DNA of 64,000 bases from a virus (lineage: Duplodnaviria; Caudoviricetes). Each line of letters begins with the position of its first letter. The stretch's first letter is position 1. The DNA lies in IMG/VR virus record IMGVR_UViG_3300037067_019009, positions 96,001 through 160,000 of that record; one strand, given 5' to 3'. Positions 33,366-42,842 of the stretch are shown piece after piece. The notes beneath the pieces are model-generated. The model made no database searches. It was not told the origin of the DNA and worked only from the letters and a program-made list of their open reading frames with translations. The position numbers were made by a program, and so were the translations under genes.

Positions 33366-33720
33366 GCATCAACATGGCGCGACGATTATCCCATAGTTTA
33401 GGCTCTCCCTCTCTCGCTATAGTAATATAGAACATCGTATCCAGCTTACTAGCCTTCGGTCGCGAACTCTTAGCCGGATTGAGCTGTAGGGCCTTTACCC
33501 TGAAGTATACATCTTCAAGATAAGTCGAGTAAGTCAGCATGCTGATTCCACCAGGAACATTCCTGCCGACGACGCTAACGTGCACCACTACGTCTTCCAG
33601 CATACCCTCTCGATTGATGAGGCGTGCCCTACGACCAGGAATAGTAGCCTCATACGTCGATCCTTGCACTGCTGCTGCTAATTCCTTCAGCAGCTCATTC
33701 AACCATTTCGGAGCCATCAT
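33331..33720 (-). CDS. hypothetical protein
   Basis: ORF whose start overlaps the upstream stop. Confidence 0.55.
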   Translation of the reverse strand: MMAPKWLNELLKELAAAVQGSTYEATIPGRRARLINREGMLEDVVVHVSVVGRNVPGGISMLTYSTYLEDVYFRVKALQLNPAKSSRPKASKLDTMFYITIAREGEPKLWDNRRAMLMHGEDGVRIFDN

Positions 33721-34256
33721 AACTCACCTTCCTTTCTTGCCCAGCAGATGATATCATCTCTGCTGCTAACAACTCGATACCTAACATTGTATTTTTTGAG
33801 AAGCAGCTTCACTGCCTCTGTACAGTTATGCATGGATATCACAGCAAACTTGATATCCTCGGGGTACACCTTCCCTTTTATCTGCATCTCCATATATCGC
33901 AGATCATGAGAACTAGACCCACACAGCTCATTGAGGCTGTCTCCATTACAGACAGTGGCTCTGCACCTGATCCTTGTCTTCTTAAGAACCAAGATAGAGT
34001 CCCCGTAGTAACTAGGATCATAGAACCCATGAATTCTGCTAAACCCATAGCAGATATCTGTAGTCCCCCACAGATACAACTCAATTTCATCACGCTTCTC
34101 AAAATACACAGAACCTTGATTGTGATGATTTTGAAATCGCCCCCGATACCCGTGGGTTAAGATACTCTCCAGATCTTCGATTCTGAAAAGCAACATGGGC
34201 TCAAAATCCTTTCCGGGCTTTCTAACATCTATGAATTTGAGTCCATCTTCATTCAT
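33717..34256 (-). CDS. DUF3626-like (ADP-ribosyltransferase-fold) protein
   Basis: LESIL..GY..FQ...R..E..LWG..YG...YGD..LVLK...RATVCNGDS...YMEMQIKG....EDI pattern. Confidence 0.55.
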   Translation of the reverse strand: MNEDGLKFIDVRKPGKDFEPMLLFRIEDLESILTHGYRGRFQNHHNQGSVYFEKRDEIELYLWGTTDICYGFSRIHGFYDPSYYGDSILVLKKTRIRCRATVCNGDSLNELCGSSSHDLRYMEMQIKGKVYPEDIKFAVISMHNCTEAVKLLLKKYNVRYRVVSSRDDIICWARKEGEL

Positions 34257-34339
34257 ATGCTCATCCTTTCTGACAATAAAAAGGACTGGGAGTTTAGTCC
34301 TTATTTCTCCCAGCCCCCCTACAAGACATTCTATTATCT

Positions 34340-34978
34340 CTATGTTCGTTCCTCCTTTATCTCTCTCATTTTCTTAATGGCACAATCTTTGCAAATTGTA
34401 CCATTTTTCAGTTCGCCTGCTATAGTAGTATAACTACTATTAGCTGCAAGTGCAGAGGCTTCTATTCTTATGGTGGCGAATATAATGTTCGCCAACAAGC
34501 TCGCACGGTAAAATACATTACCACATTCCAAGCATTTACTGCTCTCTCTGCAGAATACTTCAGGTGCCCTACGAATAAGAGCCTCGACTAACTCTCCAGA
34601 GATCTTAACGGAGTAGGCAAAGTCATGCCTTTTACCACATTTGCAATCCCAAGACACAACTTCAAGGACTACAGTTTTACCTGTACTCTGCTCTATTCCC
34701 TCATAAGGGAACACTACAAAGTTATCCACTTTTGGATCAGACTTCGTAAACAGCTCTTTGTCACAGCCGGTTACCATATCAGGACAATACATACAGCCCT
34801 GAGGATGACACTTTCCTGTTTCCATGATAGTACTTCCTTTCTTTACCTTTGTGCCGCCGTCAGCACCTGGGACATCGCGGAACATAGTCCATAGCCCATA
34901 TAACCAAGGACCACGGCAGTTCCTAAAACTACAACAAGAATCCATTTCCAGTTCATTTTTGCTCTCCTTTCCTATCAA
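34340..34978 (-). CDS. Cys-rich hypothetical protein
   Basis: Multiple CxxC motifs. Confidence 0.55.
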   Translation of the reverse strand: MIGKESKNELEMDSCCSFRNCRGPWLYGLWTMFRDVPGADGGTKVKKGSTIMETGKCHPQGCMYCPDMVTGCDKELFTKSDPKVDNFVVFPYEGIEQSTGKTVVLEVVSWDCKCGKRHDFAYSVKISGELVEALIRRAPEVFCRESSKCLECGNVFYRASLLANIIFATIRIEASALAANSSYTTIAGELKNGTICKDCAIKKMREIKEERT

Positions 34979-35328
34979 GCAAGCTTGTGTCCGCCTATCC
35001 AGCCTGTTTGGCTAGAAAACCTGACGGTTGGTATATAAGGAGTAGATACGTCGTCTAGTTCAGGCGAACTAGCATCGACTTCCTCCTCCATAGTTGTTTG
35101 CTGGAACTCGAATACTTCGAGATCCAACAAGTGTTCGATGTCTTCTCTTTTGTTATTGATACGTGGCATTTTAATTTCCTTCTTCACTACAATAGTTCTT
35201 TCCTTAACCTCGTCATACTCTAGGTCAGCCCTTACCTTGTCTTCTAAGTCAGGGCAATCACCGAGGAATCCTCGGCATCCTTCTCCAAACGATGTCCAGT
35301 AAGGACACTTCTTACTAATGCATGGCAT
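34975..35328 (-). CDS. hypothetical protein
   Basis: GGAGG RBS; Cys-rich N-terminus. Confidence 0.55.
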   Translation of the reverse strand: MPCISKKCPYWTSFGEGCRGFLGDCPDLEDKVRADLEYDEVKERTIVVKKEIKMPRINNKREDIEHLLDLEVFEFQQTTMEEEVDASSPELDDVSTPYIPTVRFSSQTGWIGGHKLA

Positions 35329-35476
35329 TGAATCACCTCCGCACCTTTCGATTTGACATTACCGCGGTCACCCCAACGGCAGCCACGAGCACCGGTATGG
35401 CACATGCAGCAAATATGCCAAGCATCTTCACTGCCGCAAGCGCCACTAACCATGTGTTGTGTAATACAGTTTCCAT

Positions 35477-35656
35477 TTACTTACCTCCTTTCTTTGTCTC
35501 CCAGTTGTCGCAGTCCAGCCGCGAGCAGTAGAACATCTTCTTGCGTTTGCCGTTGCCCATGATGACATCGGCTATATACGCACAGTTGCACCCCGCACAG
35601 AGGTCAGGGTCAATGATGTTCTTCACCTCGAGCTGGCTTTCCGCTCTGTTTTCCAT
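35477..35656 (-). CDS. 59-aa Cys-rich protein, first gene of the leftward arm
   Basis: MENRAESQLEVKNIIDPDLCAGCNCAY...CSRLDCDNW; AAGGAG RBS; below the ORF-track length cutoff. Confidence 0.55.
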   Translation of the reverse strand: MENRAESQLEVKNIIDPDLCAGCNCAYIADVIMGNGKRKKMFYCSRLDCDNWETKKGGK

Positions 35657-35659
35657 TTA

Positions 35660-36087
35660 CTTCTCCTTGTGATACTTGCCTAATGGTCAAGACTTACTCA
35701 CTGAATGGGGTGGGGTCAAAAATTTCACCTACCCCCTACCCAATAAAAGTAGTCTACGACCTCGCAGTATGAAGTAATTACAGCTCGGTTAATATGGCTT
35801 AGTAGGACAAACATGACTTTGTATTGTGATAGGTATTACTATAGTGTACAGAGGATCTTATGCTACGACCTCGCAATACTAAGCAGTTATGGTTAAGCTA
35901 TAAGGCTGTGATATAAGTACAACCTATTATTGTGATTCATATTTACAAAGGAAAAAGGGGTGGGGGTTGCGTTATTTAGTGAAGTAAAAAATAAAAAAAT
36001 ACGCGTGCGCGTGCATGAAAGGCCGCCGCTTGCCTATTATATATACTGGCACTTGTATTTATTGTGGGTTAGGGGGAACTTTTTTGT
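35660..36087. promoter_or_regulatory. divergent strand-switch control region with degenerate ~109-bp tandem duplication
   Basis: All credible genes to the left are minus-strand and to the right plus-strand; CTACGACCTCGCA at 35754 and 35863; GGGGTCAAAA at 35712. Confidence 0.6.
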
Positions 36088-36861
36088 ATGAGTAAAGAGA
36101 TTAACAAGTGGGCTGATTTTTGGTTGGACCGGGAAATCGGAGTTCACGAGTGTGGATTCGTTAAACTCATAGATTATATGGGCGGGGATTCTAGGGTAGT
36201 GGAAGCGGCCAGATGCTCTTTAGGCGGGATGTCTAAACCAACGAGTTCCAAAGAAGACCTTATCCAGTTTTTAATGAAGCACCGGCACCTTTCTCCTTTC
36301 GAGCAGACAGTTCTTACCTTTCAAATAAAGATGCCGATTTTTGTAGCAAGACAGCTAGTAAGGTATAGGACGGGTAGGATAAATGAGCAGTCGGCCAGGT
36401 ATTCTACTCTACCGAAGGAGTTCTATATTCCCGAGCACCTCGTTTCTAAAGACGGTGTGTCGATTGATGCCGACGACGCTAGTATAGTGATATCTACTAT
36501 GGAGGACGATCAAGACGAGACGGCCAGAAGCTACGAGTTCTATTTGGATTTGGGACTGGCCAGGGAACAGGCCAGGATAAACCTACCGGTTTCTACCTAT
36601 ACCACTATGATGTGGCAGATGGATCTTCGTAATCTTTTCCACTTCTTAGAGCAGAGGTTAAGCAGGCATGCCCAAAAAGAGATAAGGGACTATGCCGATG
36701 TCATAGGCTACCTGACTTGCGCGGTGGCTCCGTTATCCTACGCGGCGTTCACCGAACATGTCCTTCACTCCGTGACCCTTTCTGAAAACGAAGTAAAGAA
36801 CTTATATACAGCCCTATCCGAGGCTGGACTTAATCCAAGCTCCTTCGGGCTGGGGGTATAG
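36088..36861 (+). CDS. thyX: flavin-dependent thymidylate synthase
   Basis: VKLIDYMG..AAR.S, HLSPFEQ, PIFVARQLVRYR..INEQSARY, EQARINLP, DLRNLFHFL..R...AQKEIR. Confidence 0.93.
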   Translation: MSKEINKWADFWLDREIGVHECGFVKLIDYMGGDSRVVEAARCSLGGMSKPTSSKEDLIQFLMKHRHLSPFEQTVLTFQIKMPIFVARQLVRYRTGRINEQSARYSTLPKEFYIPEHLVSKDGVSIDADDASIVISTMEDDQDETARSYEFYLDLGLAREQARINLPVSTYTTMMWQMDLRNLFHFLEQRLSRHAQKEIRDYADVIGYLTCAVAPLSYAAFTEHVLHSVTLSENEVKNLYTALSEAGLNPSSFGLGV

Positions 36862-37018
36862 GTGGTATGGTATTTAAAACTATCAAACTCGAGGATTCGG
36901 TTTGCATGCGGTGCGGCAAGTTTCAACAGGCCACATGTAAACTATACTTAAAAGCACGAAAGGACAAGTGTATAGTTATAGCTTGTCCTTTGTTTGTAGC
37001 AATGCCTAAAGGTGATTA

Positions 37019-37486
37019 ATGTTATATTACTATTTGATTAGTTTGATTTGGGTTTTAGTTAGTTTTTACGTGGGCACCGAAGCCGGTTTCCACGCGGCAT
37101 GGATTAAATACAGACGTTTACTTAAGACTCGTAAACGAAGGGAGGTGAGATTAGAAGTGTCATTTGATCTTTCCGATATCGTAAAGGTTCCAGTTGAAAT
37201 AGTTGGAGCCGTAGACGCCGAAGGAGCGCTTACCACAATTCCGCCGGACACTACGTTCGACTGGGAAATGATTCCCGTAAACGGAGATAACCCCGGAACA
37301 TTCGTGGTCGACGCGGACGACCAGACCAAAGGTGTCCTGGAAGTAGGTACCGCTGGAGACTCGGGTTATCTGAAGGTGACGGCTTACCTGCCGGATGGTA
37401 GTAGCATAGTCGGCCAGTCAGAGACATGGAACGCTGTTCCGAGCGCTCCAGTAGGGTTCAGGATTAATTTCGGGGATCCTATATAG
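37019..37486 (+). CDS. Ig-like beta-rich protein (likely true start GTG at about 37158)
   Basis: GGAGG RBS before GTG TCA TTT; acidic, Gly/Pro-rich beta domain. Confidence 0.55.
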   Translation: MLYYYLISLIWVLVSFYVGTEAGFHAAWIKYRRLLKTRKRREVRLEVSFDLSDIVKVPVEIVGAVDAEGALTTIPPDTTFDWEMIPVNGDNPGTFVVDADDQTKGVLEVGTAGDSGYLKVTAYLPDGSSIVGQSETWNAVPSAPVGFRINFGDPI

Positions 37487-37509
37487 CATAGTTAGCTAAG
37501 AGGTGGCGT

Positions 37510-38424
37510 ATGAAAGTGTTGTTGGCATTATGTTTGGCTCTAGTCATTCCAAATGGTGAGCATCAGAGTGACCTGACCCGGCTGCATATGCGGGGGAAGG
37601 TCAGTAGTTGTATTGTAACACGAAGTGGCTATACGAACGAAACCGGCGTGTACTTACCTACGCCTCCTTATCTCTATGAAAAAATGTCCTTCGCTTCTGA
37701 TGGAAGCTATGACCTGCGCTTGGGAGGTTTCAGCCGCGAGGTGTACAGCCAGAATGGTGATCAGCTGCGTCTTAAACACTATAGAACAGTCCAGCGAGAC
37801 GGAACGTTTTTTGATTACGCCGATGGGTACCGATTCGAGATGGTGTCTAAGGACCCCGGCGAAGAACCGACGCCGCTGATTAAGTCCCTCACCTACGAGT
37901 ATCGTAATTATAACGAGGACAACCTTCTATCTATGGAGATACTCTACGATTTAGAGCTAAACTCACAGATAGTGAAGATCACTTATGGTTATGACTCTTC
38001 AAGAAGGGTGGCCACAAAGACGGTACTGCCATACGCGCAGTGGACTCCTAGCACCAGCATATTTACTTACTACCCAGATCACGTCGTAGAGAAAGTTTAT
38101 GGCGCTAGTCTGCAAGATAACGGCGTCATTACTTACTATTTAAGCACGTCGGGGTTGATTACTACGTCGCGTAAAGACGACGCATCGGGCAGTATGATAG
38201 AAAAACATATGATGAGCTATAATAGCCGCGGGGATTTGGTGGGTGACACTACCATAGGACCTGACTCTAAGGCCATATCTAGGACGGTGTGGCTCTACAG
38301 TTACGATTCGATAGGTAACTGGATAACCTGTAAAGAAATACGATACGACTATAGTGATAGTAAAACTACAGTCACGCCGATACGTTATGACTGTCGCAGC
38401 TTTGTGTACTACGCGCAGCTATAG
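37510..38424 (+). CDS. secreted YD/RHS-like beta-repeat protein
   Basis: Signal peptide MKVLLALCLAL; DL..LHMRGKVSS; YD/YN repeats (YGYDSSRR, SYNSRG, YSYDSIGNWI). Confidence 0.7.
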   Translation: MKVLLALCLALVIPNGEHQSDLTRLHMRGKVSSCIVTRSGYTNETGVYLPTPPYLYEKMSFASDGSYDLRLGGFSREVYSQNGDQLRLKHYRTVQRDGTFFDYADGYRFEMVSKDPGEEPTPLIKSLTYEYRNYNEDNLLSMEILYDLELNSQIVKITYGYDSSRRVATKTVLPYAQWTPSTSIFTYYPDHVVEKVYGASLQDNGVITYYLSTSGLITTSRKDDASGSMIEKHMMSYNSRGDLVGDTTIGPDSKAISRTVWLYSYDSIGNWITCKEIRYDYSDSKTTVTPIRYDCRSFVYYAQL

Positions 38425-38432
38425 GGAGGATA

Positions 38433-39536
38433 ATGGTTCCGCTTAATACCAAGAAAATGAATAACGCTTCCTACATGAGAGTAGGAACCAGGTTTACAGA
38501 ATACCCCGCTCTCTCCAAAAAGGCCCTCGACGAAGGCTTTTATCTTAACGGACTTAGATACTGGTACTCTATGTACGAGATGGCTGAGAATCATCCAGGA
38601 CATGAGTATGAAATGCCTATAGTAATCCATTACCTACAAGACACCTTCGGCATCACTAGAAGACACGCATACAAGATACTGCAGAGGAATGACGGCCTGT
38701 TCTGGCAGGTGACCCACTCTCTAGTCAGGAATGAGTCCGGAAGTGTCAGAATCTTTACGCTAGGGGCCGTTCTATCGATTGTAGGCCTGCCTGCATACAC
38801 GGAGGGCTGGAAGTCTCATGTCAACTGCCTGAGGGGGGGAACGTGCCGACAGTGGTCTTGGCAGACTATGCGTCGCTTCTACACCTATAAAGCTGGAACT
38901 CCCATATCGAGGACCACCCTGGAGAAGCTTACCGGCATACCAAGACGATCACAGCAGTTATATGATCGTAGACTGAAAGAACGCAGGGCCACGCACATAG
39001 AAGTGCTGGAATTGCACGACTCCGTAGAAAGCGCTAGAAAGGCTTACGAGGAGGGTGTAGATACGGGTAACTATAAGCCCTATGCCGTGTTCGTTGGAGC
39101 AGTCAACGTAAGCGCTTCCGCCCATAATGATGAGCCTGACGAGTCGGCCAGACTGATAGGTGTGTTTAGAAAGATGGGGAACGCCTATCTTGATGATAAG
39201 AGGAAACTCACATCAGGTAAAAACTATGAAAGAGTAGCTTACTACAAAGGGGCTGGTGTCTATCTCAGGGGGGTGTGTCCTGAGTTGCACACTTCAATCT
39301 CTATTATTAATAGGGACTTTGTAGAAGAGTCAAATCCAACGAAGCGAACTAACTATAGTATGAGTAAAAAACTGCAGTATTTGTTACCTTGGTTAATGAG
39401 GTCGCAAAGCGACTCAGTTCGCGGAGTGGAAAAACTAAGTGGATTCTCTCCACAGAGTACAACCACCAAGGGCGTGGTACCTTTATGGCAGTCTTCCTAC
39501 TCTTTATCTAAGCCCGATCCATGGGTTAGCCTATAG
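38433..39536 (+). CDS. hypothetical DNA-binding protein with HTH-like segments (possible replication or transcription factor)
   Basis: LQDTFGITRRHAYKIL and PISRTTLEKLTGIPRRSQQLYD. Confidence 0.5.
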   Translation: MVPLNTKKMNNASYMRVGTRFTEYPALSKKALDEGFYLNGLRYWYSMYEMAENHPGHEYEMPIVIHYLQDTFGITRRHAYKILQRNDGLFWQVTHSLVRNESGSVRIFTLGAVLSIVGLPAYTEGWKSHVNCLRGGTCRQWSWQTMRRFYTYKAGTPISRTTLEKLTGIPRRSQQLYDRRLKERRATHIEVLELHDSVESARKAYEEGVDTGNYKPYAVFVGAVNVSASAHNDEPDESARLIGVFRKMGNAYLDDKRKLTSGKNYERVAYYKGAGVYLRGVCPELHTSISIINRDFVEESNPTKRTNYSMSKKLQYLLPWLMRSQSDSVRGVEKLSGFSPQSTTTKGVVPLWQSSYSLSKPDPWVSL

Positions 39537-39745
39537 CTAGGTCGCCCTTGGTCTATTACCAGATCACTTAGTATAGAGACGATTGTCTTAGTCGCCAGTA
39601 ATATAAGTAAGAGTATAGTACTATAACTGTACAGTTGTACACGTACACGGAGTTGAGTACATGTACTTAGTTAAGTCTTTAGGGGTTGGTATTAAAAATA
39701 GTTAGTGTGTTCCAGTTTTGTATGCTCACTTGCCTATAATATAGT

Positions 39746-40279
39746 GTGGTTGTGCTAGAAGATTTTCACGCTGTTACACATGTAACTGATGCAGGGGAAG
39801 TGGATATGGATATTAAGTTTACTGACACGGTAGATCCTAGTGGGTGGCCTGTAATATTGCTTTGGTATAAAGTTCTAGGTGTCTGGGTGTTGAACAGGCC
39901 CGAGTTTACTGAGTGTGAGCCTGAAACTCTAGAGCTTGCTGGTTCGGTCGTATGTGCCCCAGATAATAAACACCACCTGCTTTTTTGGTATCGTCCGAAT
40001 GGTGGAGGTTGGAGATATGCTATCGGGGAGTGGTCGTTTGTTGGTGGAGCGGATTGTCACTGGACCTCACTACCAGTTCCTATAGGAAAGAACGGCTACA
40101 TACGCACTACAGCCAATTTAGAAGAGTTGCGTGCTAAGACATGCATGTGTGGCAGATGCCAGGTAACTGTCGATGTTGGGGAGAATACTACCATACAGTT
40201 TTCCGGATTGATAAAGAGCGTAATGCCGCTAGAAATACTGATAATCGAAGACCCCACGTGGATAATGGAGGAGAGTTAA
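39746..40279 (+). CDS. hypothetical protein
   Basis: ORF downstream of a TATAAT-containing motif. Confidence 0.55.
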   Translation: MVVLEDFHAVTHVTDAGEVDMDIKFTDTVDPSGWPVILLWYKVLGVWVLNRPEFTECEPETLELAGSVVCAPDNKHHLLFWYRPNGGGWRYAIGEWSFVGGADCHWTSLPVPIGKNGYIRTTANLEELRAKTCMCGRCQVTVDVGENTTIQFSGLIKSVMPLEILIIEDPTWIMEES

Positions 40280-40280
40280 A

Positions 40281-40892
40281 TTGGATATTTCCATAGATGT
40301 TGAACTGCTGGCAGTTCCTCCGGCTGAACTTACTAGTAACACTGAACGAAAAGACTGGGAAGGGTTCATATCGAGCTGGACGCTGGTGGACGCTAAGGAG
40401 GGAGCATGCTCCTGGGTAAAGGGCGACCTGGTGTCGGAGTTGCTGGTAACATTCGGCAACGAAAAGGGCCCCGATGGAGACACACCCCTCGAGAAGTTCG
40501 CCGTGGATATAGGCGTCAGGTCAAGAACCCTGAAACAGTATGCATGGGTGTCGCAAACATTCCCATCCAGAGGAGATAGGATGTTTGAAAATCTGAGCTG
40601 GAGCCACTTCAGAGCATGTGTGGCTGCTGAAAACCCGATGAGCTGGATAGAAAAAGCCAGCCAAGATGGCTGGTCGGTGGCAAGACTGACTGAGGAAATA
40701 AAGAATGCTACAGATAACCAAGCAGTCACGGATGGAATTCCGTGTACCTATTGCCAGGGGATGTTGCCGGAGTCCGGGTCCCTTCACCTAAGAAGGGATA
40801 ACCATACTGTAGGTAGTTACTGCAGCTGGAAATGTTTGCTTGCCTTCGGTCTCATACAGTGTAAGGAGGAGGATGCCGCGGAGTCATGCTAA
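40281..40892 (+). CDS. LmbU-like HTH DNA-binding protein with C-terminal Zn finger
   Basis: W..GD, FAVDIGVRSRTLKQYAWVSQTF, LSWSHF, W...A....WSVARL; CTYC..CSWKC. Confidence 0.65.
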   Translation: MDISIDVELLAVPPAELTSNTERKDWEGFISSWTLVDAKEGACSWVKGDLVSELLVTFGNEKGPDGDTPLEKFAVDIGVRSRTLKQYAWVSQTFPSRGDRMFENLSWSHFRACVAAENPMSWIEKASQDGWSVARLTEEIKNATDNQAVTDGIPCTYCQGMLPESGSLHLRRDNHTVGSYCSWKCLLAFGLIQCKEEDAAESC

Positions 40893-41416
40893 GAAACTTT
40901 GATGACGGTGAGAATAATGAATTTTTAAACGATCTAGGCGGCTTGGGAAACGATGAGTTGCTGGAGATTCCTATGGCGGGTCTCCCTGCCGATAGTACCG
41001 GAGATGAGTCCGGTGGTGATACGGTGAGCTTGTATACTGATGGGCTGGAAGATATGCCGAGATTTTCCCTCGGTCAGGTGGATGACTTTAACGATGAGTT
41101 TACTGATGAGGACTCGGATACTATGGAGAGGTTGAGTTTGTGGCTTGAGTGCCCGGCCTGTAATGATCCAAACACCATATGTCAGAAGGAGTTCGAGCAT
41201 TATTATAAAGTAGGTATGGCGAGAATATTTTATTTGTGCCATACGATTGCGACTATGATATCAGGGTCCAGAGCCGCGCTGAATCACATGGGAGCAGACA
41301 CAAGAGGAGATCTGGACCTCAGTATACTCTCCTCAATAGGAGAACTCAACCACATAAAGACTCTCATGCCGAAGTTGCTGGCCGCACAGGAGGAGCTTGA
41401 TTCCGATGCGCAGTAG
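40886..41416 (+). CDS. acidic hypothetical protein
   Basis: D/E-rich N-terminus, CPAC. Confidence 0.55.
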   Translation: MLRNFDDGENNEFLNDLGGLGNDELLEIPMAGLPADSTGDESGGDTVSLYTDGLEDMPRFSLGQVDDFNDEFTDEDSDTMERLSLWLECPACNDPNTICQKEFEHYYKVGMARIFYLCHTIATMISGSRAALNHMGADTRGDLDLSILSSIGELNHIKTLMPKLLAAQEELDSDAQ

Positions 41417-41855
41417 ATATGTTTTGGGCTTTCTATTTAGCGATGATGGAGATGGCGTGCTTCTTCTTAGGAAGGCCAGGCCTGAGTGGCAGGAGGGCAA
41501 CTATAATGGCATAGGAGGCCATATAGAAGAAGTAGAAACCGATATCGAGGCGATGAGAAGAGAGTTCGCCGAAGAGACTGGGGTGTGGCCCGAAGGTATA
41601 GAGTGGGAGCCGACCATCATACTAGATGGTCCGGACTTCATAGTATATTGCTATCGCGCCTACAGCTCCGAGCTGATATCCATAGTGGATGGAAACACGA
41701 CTAACATGCATGATGAGCCTGTGGAGTTCTGGCCCATAGACCATCTACCTGAAAACAGGATACCCAATCTGGTGTGGTTGATTGAGATGTCTAATGATCA
41801 CGGTGGAATAGCTTTCCCGGTGATCGTCAGCTACAACGAGTATCAGGAAGGCTAG
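41397..41855 (+). CDS. NUDIX hydrolase
   Basis: GGHIEEVETDIEAMRREFAEETGV Nudix box. Confidence 0.9.
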   Translation: MIPMRSRYVLGFLFSDDGDGVLLLRKARPEWQEGNYNGIGGHIEEVETDIEAMRREFAEETGVWPEGIEWEPTIILDGPDFIVYCYRAYSSELISIVDGNTTNMHDEPVEFWPIDHLPENRIPNLVWLIEMSNDHGGIAFPVIVSYNEYQEG

Positions 41856-41858
41856 TAA

Positions 41859-42842
41859 ATGCCAAAGAGCGCGTTGATAACTGGGATTACTGGCCAGGAC
41901 GGTTCTTACCTGGCGGAGTTGCTACTGGATAGAGGCTATGATGTGCATGGCCTTGTTCGTAGATCTTCAAGTTTCAATACTGCAAGGATAGACCACATTT
42001 ATAACTCTATAGAGAAACACTATGGAGATTTGACTGATGCTTGTGGGCTTAATAACTTAGTGTCAGATATTATGCCGAATGAGCTGTATAACTTCGGTGC
42101 GCAAAGCCATGTTAAGGTTAGTTTTGATGTTCCTGTTTATACTACGGAAAGCATAGCGATAGGAACTCTAAATCTTCTGGAAATAGTAAGAAGATATCCA
42201 AGCATAAAGCTTTATCAAGCATCTTCCTCAGAAATGTTTGGTTCTTCGCCTCCCCCTCAAAATGAGGGTACTCAGTTTTTACCACAAAGTTCCTATGCGT
42301 CCGCAAAAGTAAATGCTTATCATAATGCTAGGTTGTACAGAGAAGCATATGGATTATTTATTTGTAATGGAATACTGTTCAACCATGAAAGCGAGCGGAG
42401 AGGTGGAACTTTTGTTACTCGTAAGGTTACACGCGCCGCCACAAGAATCAAGTTGGGTTTGCAGGATAAGCTACTCTTAGGAAACTTGGAAGCTAAACGA
42501 GACTGGGGCCACGCAAAGGATTATGTAAAGGCCATGTATCTCATGATGCAGCATGACACACCCGATGACTTTGTTATAGCTACCGGAGAATCGCATTCGG
42601 TACAAGAGTTGGTGGAGTATGCCTTTGATTTATGCGAGTTGGACTGGAAAGAATACGTCGAGATTCACCATGATTTTGTAAGACCTGCAGATGTGAACTA
42701 CTTGTGCGGGGACTACTCCAAAGCTAAGAGGGTCTTAGGCTGGGAACCTACTGTAGACTTTTATACTCTTATAAAAAGTATGGTAGCTTGTGATATGGCC
42801 CTTGCTAGAAATGAAAAGCTTATAAGGGAGGCTGTTTCCTAG
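41859..42842 (+). CDS. gmd: GDP-mannose 4,6-dehydratase
   Basis: [57 protein letters not shown]. Confidence 0.95.
   Translation: MPKSALITGITGQDGSYLAELLLDRGYDVHGLVRRSSSFNTARIDHIYNSIEKHYGDLTDACGLNNLVSDIMPNELYNFGAQSHVKVSFDVPVYTTESIAIGTLNLLEIVRRYPSIKLYQASSSEMFGSSPPPQNEGTQFLPQSSYASAKVNAYHNARLYREAYGLFICNGILFNHESERRGGTFVTRKVTRAATRIKLGLQDKLLLGNLEAKRDWGHAKDYVKAMYLMMQHDTPDDFVIATGESHSVQELVEYAFDLCELDWKEYVEIHHDFVRPADVNYLCGDYSKAKRVLGWEPTVDFYTLIKSMVACDMALARNEKLIREAVS

Noticed and set aside
1294-35562. Many plus-strand ORFs of 60-130 aa in the left arm, and minus-strand ORFs in the right arm
   Set aside because: They are antisense shadows of better-supported genes, without an RBS or recognisable motifs.
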